Assembly (NCBI GenBank): GCA_903837605.1
Contig: CAILVF010000021.1
Coordinates: 14,630-78,629, forward strand
DNA from: an uncultured Bacteroidales bacterium
GTDB lineage: Bacteria; Bacteroidota; Bacteroidia; Bacteroidales; FEN-979
Direction of reading: 5' to 3'
DNA length: 64,000 bases
Made by a program: the position numbers and the translations under genes. Within the stretch, counting starts at the first letter, position 1; the number at the start of each line of letters is the position of its first letter. The notes below the pieces were generated by a model that worked only from the letters and a program-made list of their open reading frames with translations, was not told the origin of the DNA and made no database searches. Below, one piece after another: positions 48,082 to 56,827 of the stretch.

Positions 48082-48276
48082 CTTCTCTTCCGGATTCTGA
48101 GGTTAATAATATATCTTTGTTTTGAAAACAGATTGGATTAATGACTTGAAAATCCATGTTTTTCGGTGTTCAAAACTAATCAAAATAGTTAGATTTATTG
48201 AACTTTTTATGAATCTTTAACAATAAAACAAAGGCTTTCAGTCGTTTACAAAAGTCGTGCTGAGTTCTGCCCCAAC

Positions 48277-49500
48277 ATGGAAAAATCAAAGATCCATTCA
48301 CCTGCCTGGTTAATTTTTACCTGCCTCTTTTTATTGTCACTTTCTGTTAACGTCTCGGCCCAGAAAAAAGTTGCAATAAACAGGGTGGTGATTGATGCCG
48401 GACATGGTGGACAGGACCCCGGAACAATCGGCCGCCGTGCAAAAGAAAAAAATGTAGCCCTTGCCATCGCCCTGAAACTGGGCTATATGATCCAGAAGAA
48501 TTTCAAGGATGTTAAGGTGATCTTTACCCGTGATCGCGATGTTTTTGTCGAGCTTAACCGCAGGGCCCAGTTTGCCAACGATATGAAAGCCGACCTTTTT
48601 ATCTCCATTCACTGCAATGCCAATAATAATCATTCATTGAAAGGGGCCGAAACCTATGTTATGGGGCTGCATAAAACCCAGGCTAATCTTGAAATCGCGA
48701 AGACTGAAAATGCCTCAATCCTCATGGAGTCTGATTACGCAAATCATTATAACGGGTTTAACCCGAACTCGGATGAATCCTATATTACATTTTCAATGTT
48801 CCAGGATGCCTATCTCGAACAAAGTATGGAATTCGCAGCTGAAGTCCAGAAACAGTTTGAAGAACGGGTCGGGATGAACGACAGGGGCGTCAGGCAGGCC
48901 GGGTTCCTTGTCCTCTATAAAACAACTATGCCAAGTGTCCTTGTGGAAACCGGTTACCTGAGTAATCCCAATGAGGAAACTTTCATGGTCACCGACAAGG
49001 GCCAGGAATATATTTCTTCGGCTATCTTCAAGGCATTTAAAACATTTAAACAGAATGTTGAGCACCCGGAACAAGCAATAAACCAGCAATATCCCAAATC
49101 CTACCTGCCTAAACCCGAAACCGCACAACTTGCGAAACCAGCTCCGGATTCATCACCGGGGAAACAGTATAAAAAACCGGGAAAGACCGAAACCATCCAA
49201 ACTCAAACCAGGGCGGATGTTGCAAAATCATCTTTCCGGGGCACGGTGTCGTTCAGGGTTCAGATCGCATCCATGTCAAAGGAAGTATCAACTTCATCCT
49301 CTGTCTTTGCCGGACTTTCAGGAGTAAGGATGTACCAGCATAACGGGATGTTCAAGTATACTGTTGGCGATGAGACTTCCATTGCAAGCGCTGAACATCT
49401 TCTTGCCGAAATGAAAAACAAAGGATTTAAAGATGCATTTATTGTTTATTTCAAAAATGACTTGCGGATAACCAGGGAGGAGGCCCTGTCGGCTCCCTGA
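48277..49500 (+). CDS. N-acetylmuramoyl-L-alanine amidase (Amidase_3) with C-terminal SPOR-like domain
   Basis: IDAGHGG.DPG, EK...L, SIHCN, MPSVLVETGY; FRVQI...KY.VG...GF.DAFIV. Confidence 0.9.
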   Translation: MEKSKIHSPAWLIFTCLFLLSLSVNVSAQKKVAINRVVIDAGHGGQDPGTIGRRAKEKNVALAIALKLGYMIQKNFKDVKVIFTRDRDVFVELNRRAQFANDMKADLFISIHCNANNNHSLKGAETYVMGLHKTQANLEIAKTENASILMESDYANHYNGFNPNSDESYITFSMFQDAYLEQSMEFAAEVQKQFEERVGMNDRGVRQAGFLVLYKTTMPSVLVETGYLSNPNEETFMVTDKGQEYISSAIFKAFKTFKQNVEHPEQAINQQYPKSYLPKPETAQLAKPAPDSSPGKQYKKPGKTETIQTQTRADVAKSSFRGTVSFRVQIASMSKEVSTSSSVFAGLSGVRMYQHNGMFKYTVGDETSIASAEHLLAEMKNKGFKDAFIVYFKNDLRITREEALSAP

Positions 49501-49545
49501 GTAAAATAAAATCAAAAGATTTAAGTTTTATCTTTGTAAAAAACT

Positions 49546-50499
49546 ATGGCCATTAAATTTAAACGGGAGATCAAGATTGGTGTAATCTTCATCATTGCCA
49601 CACTGGTATTGATTTGGGGACTGATGTACCTGAAAGGGCTTGAACTTTTAACTTCAAGCAGGACATTCTATGCCGTTTATGACAATGTCGACGGCCTTGT
49701 AGTCTCCAATCCGGTAACTTTAAATGGATTGCAAATTGGCCAGGTAAATGTGCTTCAATTTGATGCCCGTCATAATGGCAAGATCATCTGTGAATTATAC
49801 ATTAAAGGTGATTATCCCTTCCCGAAAAATTCTATCGCCCGCATCCGGAGTTCAAGCCTCCTTGGTTCAAAGGAAGTTGCAATAATTCTCGGCAATGAAG
49901 CTTCTGCTGCAAAAAACGGGGATACCCTGAAAACCGAAATTGAAGCTTCACTGGGTTCCGAGGTGAACAAACAGCTCCTGCCGCTTAAACGGAAGGCCGA
50001 AAACCTTATCAGTTCGATAGATTCGGTAGCTACCATTGTACAATTGGTGCTTAACAGGAATACCCGGGAAAATCTTGTACAGGCCATCGATCATGTTAAA
50101 GATGCACTTGCCAATATTGCTCACGCCACATTTGATCTCGACACCCTGATTACATCCCAGCGGAAAAATCTTGCCGGCATTATTATCAACGTCGAGTCCA
50201 TCAGCAGAAACCTTAAGCAGAACAACGAAAAGATCACGAACATAATCAGTAATCTTTCTGATGTGAGCGATTCTCTGGCAAAGGCCCGTATCCCCTCAAC
50301 CATCATGCAGGTCAACCTGGCCGTTAAGAGTCTCAACACCACGCTCGAAAAGATCAATAAAGGGGACGGCTCGCTTGGAATGCTGGTCAATGACCAGAAA
50401 CTATATATTGACGTGGAAAATGCAGCCCGCAACCTGAACCTCCTTATCGAGGACCTTAAAGCAAATCCCAAGAAATACCTCAAGATTTCGGTTTTCTAG
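49546..50499 (+). CDS. MlaD/MCE family protein
   Basis: RE.KIG, TM, GL....PV..NG..IG.V, LLG.K, coiled coil, D.K.NPK.Y..SVF. Confidence 0.88.
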   Translation: MAIKFKREIKIGVIFIIATLVLIWGLMYLKGLELLTSSRTFYAVYDNVDGLVVSNPVTLNGLQIGQVNVLQFDARHNGKIICELYIKGDYPFPKNSIARIRSSSLLGSKEVAIILGNEASAAKNGDTLKTEIEASLGSEVNKQLLPLKRKAENLISSIDSVATIVQLVLNRNTRENLVQAIDHVKDALANIAHATFDLDTLITSQRKNLAGIIINVESISRNLKQNNEKITNIISNLSDVSDSLAKARIPSTIMQVNLAVKSLNTTLEKINKGDGSLGMLVNDQKLYIDVENAARNLNLLIEDLKANPKKYLKISVF

Positions 50500-50605
50500 G
50501 CACTGGGCACCAGGTGCCAGGCTCCGGGTTCCGATTTTTTAACCAGTACCCGGCACCCGGCAACCAGCACCCAATACCCGGCACCCAGTACCCAGTATCC
50601 GGATC
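50499..50605. repeat. Heptamer array with inverted arm (GGYRCYR / CCCRGYA) between convergent genes
   Basis: ggcactg ggcacca ggtgcca ggctccg ggttccg ... accagta cccggca cccggca accagca cccaata cccggca cccagta cccagta. Confidence 0.85.
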
Positions 50606-52129
50606 CTACCATTTAAAAATATCTTCCCTCTTCTTTGGCCTCTTTTCTTCCAGCCACTTGAAATTTTTAAGGATCAGATCATACGGACTGACATCTTTCT
50701 CAGGGAAAATCGTGCCTACTGTTGTTCCAAGATAGGTGATGCTTTTGATCTGGTTATTGTTTATAAAGATCAGCATATCGCTTGAATATGCTTTTTGTAT
50801 GCCAATCAGTGTCTTGTCCTCCTCCCTTGCCCAGTAAACGGTCTCGGCGTTCCCAAGGACCTTTATTTTATACAGCTCATTCTTTTTAAAATACCCGGCC
50901 ATATCCCGGCCCTTGATCTGGTTATATTTGTTTGTGTCATCCTGGGATATAAGGAAGGAAGAATTATATAAAGCCATTGTGTCGATTGCTCCATTCTTCA
51001 TGACAAGCCTTATCGAATCTGCGGTAAGCTGGTTTTTGACCGACCATATCACCGGATCATGGTACATCACCAGGGCCGAATCCTTGCTGTGCCAGACCAT
51101 GGAATCACACATCCCCTGGAGGTCGGGCCTGAAAAATTTCACCTTATAATAACAGAATACACTGCGGATGTTCTGGTTGGTGTCAAAATAGGCTTTGACC
51201 GAATCACCATGCATATGCAATGCTGTTTTCTTGTCGATCATGATAGCAACGGCGCTGTCGGTCATAAAAGCATAGCCGGTATTACGGTGCATCTCACCGT
51301 AATTACCTGTGAGCATCATGTCCTGTATTGAATCAAACAAGACTGCATGACGAATAGCCTGTCCGAATCCGATCTTTCGCTCGTAGTAAAGACTGTCACC
51401 AGTAAGATACTGGGCTTCATGAAATATCTTGGCCCTTTCCTTGAAACTGGCAATATCCTTATGTGTATTGTACCATCCGTTTTCAGTATATATTGAATCC
51501 ACCTTGTCCCTGCTCACAATATGGGAGGGCCCGTAAAAATATGCCACCGAGGTCACCGTGTTGTACATCAGGGTATCTGATTTCATAGTGTATTCGGGAT
51601 TCAGAAGCAGCACCTTGTTCTTGAAGAAAAATTCCTTTTTGTCGGTATAATAATATCCGTGCCTGCTTATCAGGATGTTCTTGTCATTGACGATCTTGCC
51701 CCAGTAATCGTACCTGGCGATCTGGGTTTTGCGGTCATAGATCAGGGTATCGGTCGTAAGAGTGGTTTGGTTATCGATGAGCTTTACATTGCTCCAAACC
51801 CTGGCCTCTTTGGTATTGCCGTTGTAGATAAGTGAATCACCAAACAGGTTCAGGGTATCGCTGAGATGAATGTGAACATTCCCGTAGGCATTAACGGTAT
51901 TTGCAGCTTCATTGAGATAGGCGCTGTCGCAATACATCAGGGCCGAGTCGTGACGCAGTATAACATTTCCAATGATACGCTGGGCATCAGGCCTCACTGC
52001 CTTATTGTAATCCCAGCGGTCGCCTTTCTCCAAAAGTATCTTTGTCGTATCCTGGGCATACAATGCCAGGGGCCCCAGAAATAAAAGGCAGGTTAATATA
52101 TACCAGATGGCTTTACCTGGTTTATGCAT
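50606..52129 (-). CDS. OstA-like (LptA/LptD_N beta-jellyroll) protein
   Basis: GNV..RHD...MYCDSA, AYGNV, repeated DSL/DTL.Y, DLQG.CDS, NQI.G..M, L..F.W....RP. Start MHKPGK supported by TATCTTTG at 52145-52152. Confidence 0.85.
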   Translation of the reverse strand: MHKPGKAIWYILTCLLFLGPLALYAQDTTKILLEKGDRWDYNKAVRPDAQRIIGNVILRHDSALMYCDSAYLNEAANTVNAYGNVHIHLSDTLNLFGDSLIYNGNTKEARVWSNVKLIDNQTTLTTDTLIYDRKTQIARYDYWGKIVNDKNILISRHGYYYTDKKEFFFKNKVLLLNPEYTMKSDTLMYNTVTSVAYFYGPSHIVSRDKVDSIYTENGWYNTHKDIASFKERAKIFHEAQYLTGDSLYYERKIGFGQAIRHAVLFDSIQDMMLTGNYGEMHRNTGYAFMTDSAVAIMIDKKTALHMHGDSVKAYFDTNQNIRSVFCYYKVKFFRPDLQGMCDSMVWHSKDSALVMYHDPVIWSVKNQLTADSIRLVMKNGAIDTMALYNSSFLISQDDTNKYNQIKGRDMAGYFKKNELYKIKVLGNAETVYWAREEDKTLIGIQKAYSSDMLIFINNNQIKSITYLGTTVGTIFPEKDVSPYDLILKNFKWLEEKRPKKREDIFKW

Positions 52130-52154
52130 CGTTTGGAATTTCTGCAAAGATATT

Positions 52155-52442
52155 TCATTTCGGCTGAAGATAGCTATGGAGGGCATCCACATATTTTTCA
52201 AAAGCAGAAATACCGGCGGGGGTGATCCTGCATGTGGTCCTTGGCATCTTTCCTTTGAACGATTTCTCGACACTGATATATCCGGCTTCCCTGAGTTTCT
52301 CGATCTGCACGCTCAGGTTGCCGGCAGTGGAAGCAGTCTTCTCCCGGATAAAGACAAAATCTGCTTCCTCCGTACCTATCAATATGGAAATGACCGCCAG
52401 CCGGAGTTGTGAATGAAGCAGGGGGTCAAGTTCCTTAAACAT
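52155..52442 (-). CDS. Winged-HTH transcriptional regulator (ArsR-like, HTH_34)
   Basis: LDPLLHSQLRLA, F...EKT..T.GNLSVQ..KL..AGYI...K.F.GK.P.T. Confidence 0.9.
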   Translation of the reverse strand: MFKELDPLLHSQLRLAVISILIGTEEADFVFIREKTASTAGNLSVQIEKLREAGYISVEKSFKGKMPRTTCRITPAGISAFEKYVDALHSYLQPK

Positions 52443-53103
52443 TTTTGTACTCCTTCCTGTTCAGCATGTGACCCGGGATCACAAATCCGGCGACAGCCGA
52501 AACACCTAAAACAAATTGCTGAAAATACATGACCCCTGTTTTATGTATGCTGAAAAAGAGGAAAAACGAAGCAAAAAAGCAGATAATCCCACCGATAACA
52601 AGAGGTTTGAACTCATATGCCTTCCCTGAAACAAAAAGCGCAAAACCATAAAGACACAGCATGATTGGAGTTAAAAGGAGCCATTGAAACCAATAGACGA
52701 AGTCATTACCCTCTTTCACCCTGCTGACAAAATAGGAAAGAATTACCGTATCAAGAAGCATTCCAACAACAACAACAAGGACAGATAATGTAAAACCAAT
52801 CCATACCCACCTCATGAGTTTCTCAATATAAGTCATAACCAGCCTTTCATTCTCGCGTTTTTTGATAAGCCAGAAATGAAAGGGTATGCCAAAGAACATG
52901 AGGAACCACAGAAGGTAAGCATCATATGCGGTTTGTTTCGGCAGAATCATTGACAGGATACAAGTCCCAAAACTGATCCCTGCAACCAGGTACCCCCATA
53001 ACAGGAAAATTTTTCCCGTGCCTTTTTCAAGGTTGTTTTTTGCTGTATTGATCATTTGCCCGATCAATTCAAGGCTTTCTTTTTCATTTAATAACTTTTC
53101 CAT
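52435..53103 (-). CDS. Hypothetical integral membrane protein, partner of the wHTH regulator
   Basis: E.ESLELI..MI..., FLLWG, about 6 TM segments, IPG..L; start MEKLL at 53103. Confidence 0.75.
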   Translation of the reverse strand: MEKLLNEKESLELIGQMINTAKNNLEKGTGKIFLLWGYLVAGISFGTCILSMILPKQTAYDAYLLWFLMFFGIPFHFWLIKKRENERLVMTYIEKLMRWVWIGFTLSVLVVVVGMLLDTVILSYFVSRVKEGNDFVYWFQWLLLTPIMLCLYGFALFVSGKAYEFKPLVIGGIICFFASFFLFFSIHKTGVMYFQQFVLGVSAVAGFVIPGHMLNRKEYKNV

Positions 53104-53196
53104 AAAGGTTGTTTTGTTAAATTCCCACATTCATTTTTCTATTAATCCTGAAGCCCGGAAGCGGGATGTTCAGGGTTTCAATTATAATTCACGTTG

Positions 53197-53226
53197 CAAA
53201 TATAAACCAGTTTATAATATAAACCA
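53197..53226 (-). promoter_or_regulatory. -7 element TATATTTG overlapped by a palindromic operator TATAAAC-ca-GTTTATA-a-TATAAAC
   Basis: caaatata at 53197-53204; three alternating 7-bp half-sites at 53201-53224. Confidence 0.6.
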
Positions 53227-53381
53227 AATATTTTAACATTTATTTTTATTTTTACCTGGATTTTCATCTTTTTCATCTTATTCTGACCCAGGAAAGCCTG
53301 TATGGCAGTTCATAAGCCATTCTATTACTTTAAGTTTTTCACAATAATTAACAGTCAGGCTTCCGGTCTCTCAGAAATCCC

Positions 53382-53389
53382 TAATTTTG
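53382..53389 (+). promoter_or_regulatory. -7 element TAATTTTG for gatE-gatD
   Basis: TAnnTTTG 32 nt upstream of the gatE ATG. Confidence 0.55.
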
Positions 53390-53421
53390 ACGCTTCTTTG
53401 GAAACTATTCCTCCCTAAAAC

Positions 53422-55386
53422 ATGAAACAACAATTCAACCCTAAGCTCAACTATGAAGAAACCCGTAAAGCTGTCGGGTATGTCGAGCGCAAACAAGCCA
53501 CCCAGGCCGACTATGACCGTATAGGATTCATGTCGGGGCTGGAAGTCCATCAGCAACTGAACACGAAACAGAAACTTTTTTGCCGATGCCCGGCCGGGAT
53601 TTTTCAGAAACCCGACGAGTACAATGCGGAACTTATCCGACATATGAGGCCGACGCTCAGTGAACTTGGAGAATATGACGGCACTGCCCTGATGGAGTTC
53701 AAGACAAGGAAGGAGATCATTTACAGGATATCCAATAAAACTGCCTGTACTTACGACGTTGATGATACTCCCCCGTTTCCTTTGAACAGGGAGGCCCTGA
53801 ATATTGCCATCGGGATCTCGGTACTATCAAAGCTTAAGATAGTAGGGGAGGTTCATATTACGAGAAAGCAATATCTTGACGGAAGCATCCCTACAGGATT
53901 CCAGAGGACGGCGATCATAGGTGTGGAAGGCGAGATCCAGCTGAAGAATAAAAAAGTAAGGCTTATCCAGCTCAGCCTCGAGGAGGATTCATGCAGGGAG
54001 GTATCTGATATAGGGCATGTAAGGATATACCGGACTGACCGTCTTGGGATGCCTTTGATCGAAACGGTGACCTACCCCGACTTTGCAAACCCGGCCGAGG
54101 TTAAAGAAGGTGCTGATTATATCCGTTTCCTGAACAGGAGCACAGGTAAAGTGAGGCAGGGGATAGGTTCCACAAGGGCCGATGTGAATGTAAGCTGCAA
54201 AGGAGGTACAAGGGTTGAGATCAAAGGTGTGGCCCATACTTCATGGATGCCTGAGCTTACACACAATGAAGCCTTCCGCCAGTGGGCCTTGCTCCGGATC
54301 AAAGAACTCTTGCTGAAATCGGTGAAAGACCCTGCTGCCTGGAAGCTGTCTTCAAAAGAAGTCAGCCTGAAAGAGATCAGGATTGAACTGCCGGCTTCTC
54401 ATAAAGCCAATGCCTCGACAAAAATCTGCATCGTCAACCTGCCTATGTTCAGGGGTGTTCTTTCTCATTTTACCCAGCCTGGTAAAATGTTTGCCGATGA
54501 GATCAGCGAGCGCCTCAAGGTAATTGCCTGCATTGAACTGCCGAATATGATACATTCGGAGATGCTTGAAGATATGGCCAGGGATAAGGTCTGGATAAAA
54601 GTAAAGACCCTTCTGGGGAGCAGGGAAGAAGATGCCCAGATAATTTTCTGGGGACCTGAGGCTGATATGAAAACAGCGATTGAGACCATTGAGGAACGCT
54701 GCAGGATGGCGCTGAGCGGTGTGCCGAATGAAACCCGCAAATCATTTGAAGACGGGACGACCATTTTTGAACGGGTGCTGCCGGGTGCCGACCGTATGTA
54801 TCCCGACACGGATTCAGCCCCCATCCCTCTTGAAGATGAGGTTATTGAAGAGCTCAGGAAAGACCTCCCTCCCGATATTTGTGATCGATTCAGCCAGCTC
54901 ACACAATGGGGCGTACCCTCTGATACCTTTACTTTCCTGCTGAAATACAACCTGGTTCCACTGATAGAGAAATGCAACAATGAACTGGGTATCGCACCCA
55001 GGTTCTGTGCAACCCTTCTCGGCCATACCCTGAAGCATCTTCACGGGAAATTCGAGGCTTTGCTCTTATTCCGTAATGATATGATTTTCGAATTGCTTAA
55101 ATATATCAGGAAGCGCGGCCTCGACCTTGCCATAGCGGGCAAGATGCTGAGGGTACTTTACGAACATCCGAAAATGGACTTTGATTCCATCCTGGTTACC
55201 CTGAATTATAAAGAGGTCTCCAGGGACGAGATCCTGGGAAAATTACCATTCCTGGTAAAGAAATACAAGGAAACAAGGCTGTCGGAAGATGATTCGGCGG
55301 GCCATCGCTGGATAATGGGGAGCCTGCACAAACTGGCACTGGGAAATATCTCCCTAAGGGAACTAAACGAACACATACAACTTTAA
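53422..55386 (+). CDS. gatE: Glu-tRNA(Gln) amidotransferase subunit E
   Basis: GLEVHQQL, KLFCRCP, RPTLSELGE.D..AL.EF, DGS..TGFQRT, LEED, DRLG.PLIE, RSTGKVR.G.G..R.DVNVS, RVEIKGV, central insertion domain, GVP.ETR, LPGA.RMYP.TD. Confidence 0.92.
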   Translation: MKQQFNPKLNYEETRKAVGYVERKQATQADYDRIGFMSGLEVHQQLNTKQKLFCRCPAGIFQKPDEYNAELIRHMRPTLSELGEYDGTALMEFKTRKEIIYRISNKTACTYDVDDTPPFPLNREALNIAIGISVLSKLKIVGEVHITRKQYLDGSIPTGFQRTAIIGVEGEIQLKNKKVRLIQLSLEEDSCREVSDIGHVRIYRTDRLGMPLIETVTYPDFANPAEVKEGADYIRFLNRSTGKVRQGIGSTRADVNVSCKGGTRVEIKGVAHTSWMPELTHNEAFRQWALLRIKELLLKSVKDPAAWKLSSKEVSLKEIRIELPASHKANASTKICIVNLPMFRGVLSHFTQPGKMFADEISERLKVIACIELPNMIHSEMLEDMARDKVWIKVKTLLGSREEDAQIIFWGPEADMKTAIETIEERCRMALSGVPNETRKSFEDGTTIFERVLPGADRMYPDTDSAPIPLEDEVIEELRKDLPPDICDRFSQLTQWGVPSDTFTFLLKYNLVPLIEKCNNELGIAPRFCATLLGHTLKHLHGKFEALLLFRNDMIFELLKYIRKRGLDLAIAGKMLRVLYEHPKMDFDSILVTLNYKEVSRDEILGKLPFLVKKYKETRLSEDDSAGHRWIMGSLHKLALGNISLRELNEHIQL

Positions 55387-55425
55387 CTCAAATTTGACCA
55401 TCTCATTTTCTCACAATTAAACAAT

Positions 55426-56811
55426 ATGAGCGAAGATATTTTCCAGGGTTATAAAGGACGTGCATTGGAAGTGATGCAGAAATTCAATGCCCGGGTCTGG
55501 GCTAAGGTGAAAGTCGATACCACCAGGGGTGTTTTTGAAGGCAGCATCCTTCCGAGGGCCGAAAACACTGATGACAAGCACCTTGTCATGAAATTCTTTA
55601 CCGGCTACAACATTGGCATTGATATCGATACGATCACCAATATAACTGAACTTGGATATAAGAAAGCTGTTTATAAAATACCCGAAAAAGAGTTCCCGTA
55701 TTCAAAAGGACTGCCCAGCGTTAAATTGCTTGGCACCGGGGGGACGATTGCTTCAAGGCTGGATTACCGCACAGGGGCCGTTATCCCTGCATTTTCGCCT
55801 GGTGAGTTATACGGGGCAGTGCCTGAATTAGCCGATATATGCAACCTGACAACCGAAAAGATCTTTGCGGTGTTCAGCGAAAACATGGGCCCGGAACAAT
55901 ACAGGAAACTGGCTATCGCAATAGGCGAAGAAATTGAAAAAGGCATACAGGGCATCATTATCGGGCATGGTACGGATACCATGCATTATACCTCGGCTGC
56001 TCTTACATTCATGGTCCAGAATTCACCTATCCCGATTGTCCTTGTTGGTTCCCAGCGTTCCAGTGACCGCCCCAGCTCCGATGCGGCTTTAAACCTTATG
56101 CATGCCGCAACCGCTGCAGGCCATGGCGATATTGCAGAAGTCATGGTATGCATGTTCGGGCCGACTTCTGATGAGTATGGTTTTTTACACAGGGGGACAA
56201 GGGTACGCAAGATGCATTCATCCTACCGTTCTACTTTCCGCACCATAGGGGATACGCCGATTGCAACTGTAAGCCGCAAAGGCGTCGTTCCTATTAAAGA
56301 AGATTATAACCGCCGCCGGAACGACCGCAATGTGAAGATCACACCCGTGTTCGAGGAAAAGGTTGCGATGATCTATTATTATACCAATATGCAGCCCGAC
56401 ATGATTGATTCGCTGATAGATAACGGTTATAAAGGGATTATCATCATAGGTACCGGCCTTGGCCATGTTAACAAACCCCTTTATCCGGCTATTGAAAGAG
56501 CGCGTGAAAAAGGTGTTGCAGTTTATATGACAGTACAAACCCTTTGGGGATATGTAGGGATGTTTGTTTATGATACCGGCCGGGACCTGATGGCCAAAGG
56601 AGTTATCCCTCTTGAAAACATGCTGCCCGAAGTCGCTTATATCAAACTTGGCTGGGCGCTTGGTCAGACCTCCGACCTGGAAGAGGTTAAGAAGATCATG
56701 CTAACCCCTATCAACAGCGATATCACTCCCAGGGAACCGTATAACGGCTACCTGATATACCAGGGCGGTGTGCCTGAGGTGGAAGACTTTATCAGGAAGT
56801 TCCACAAATAA
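55426..56811 (+). CDS. gatD: Glu-tRNA(Gln) amidotransferase subunit D (asparaginase-like glutaminase)
   Basis: GatD-specific N-domain (G...PR.E..DD.H.V.K...GYNIG), GTGGTIASR.DY.TGAV, HGTDTM, GSQRSSDRPSSD, RKMHSS.R, GTGLGH, MLPE.AY.KL.W.LG. Confidence 0.93.
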   Translation: MSEDIFQGYKGRALEVMQKFNARVWAKVKVDTTRGVFEGSILPRAENTDDKHLVMKFFTGYNIGIDIDTITNITELGYKKAVYKIPEKEFPYSKGLPSVKLLGTGGTIASRLDYRTGAVIPAFSPGELYGAVPELADICNLTTEKIFAVFSENMGPEQYRKLAIAIGEEIEKGIQGIIIGHGTDTMHYTSAALTFMVQNSPIPIVLVGSQRSSDRPSSDAALNLMHAATAAGHGDIAEVMVCMFGPTSDEYGFLHRGTRVRKMHSSYRSTFRTIGDTPIATVSRKGVVPIKEDYNRRRNDRNVKITPVFEEKVAMIYYYTNMQPDMIDSLIDNGYKGIIIIGTGLGHVNKPLYPAIERAREKGVAVYMTVQTLWGYVGMFVYDTGRDLMAKGVIPLENMLPEVAYIKLGWALGQTSDLEEVKKIMLTPINSDITPREPYNGYLIYQGGVPEVEDFIRKFHK

Positions 56812-56827
56812 TTCGTAAATCCTTAAG

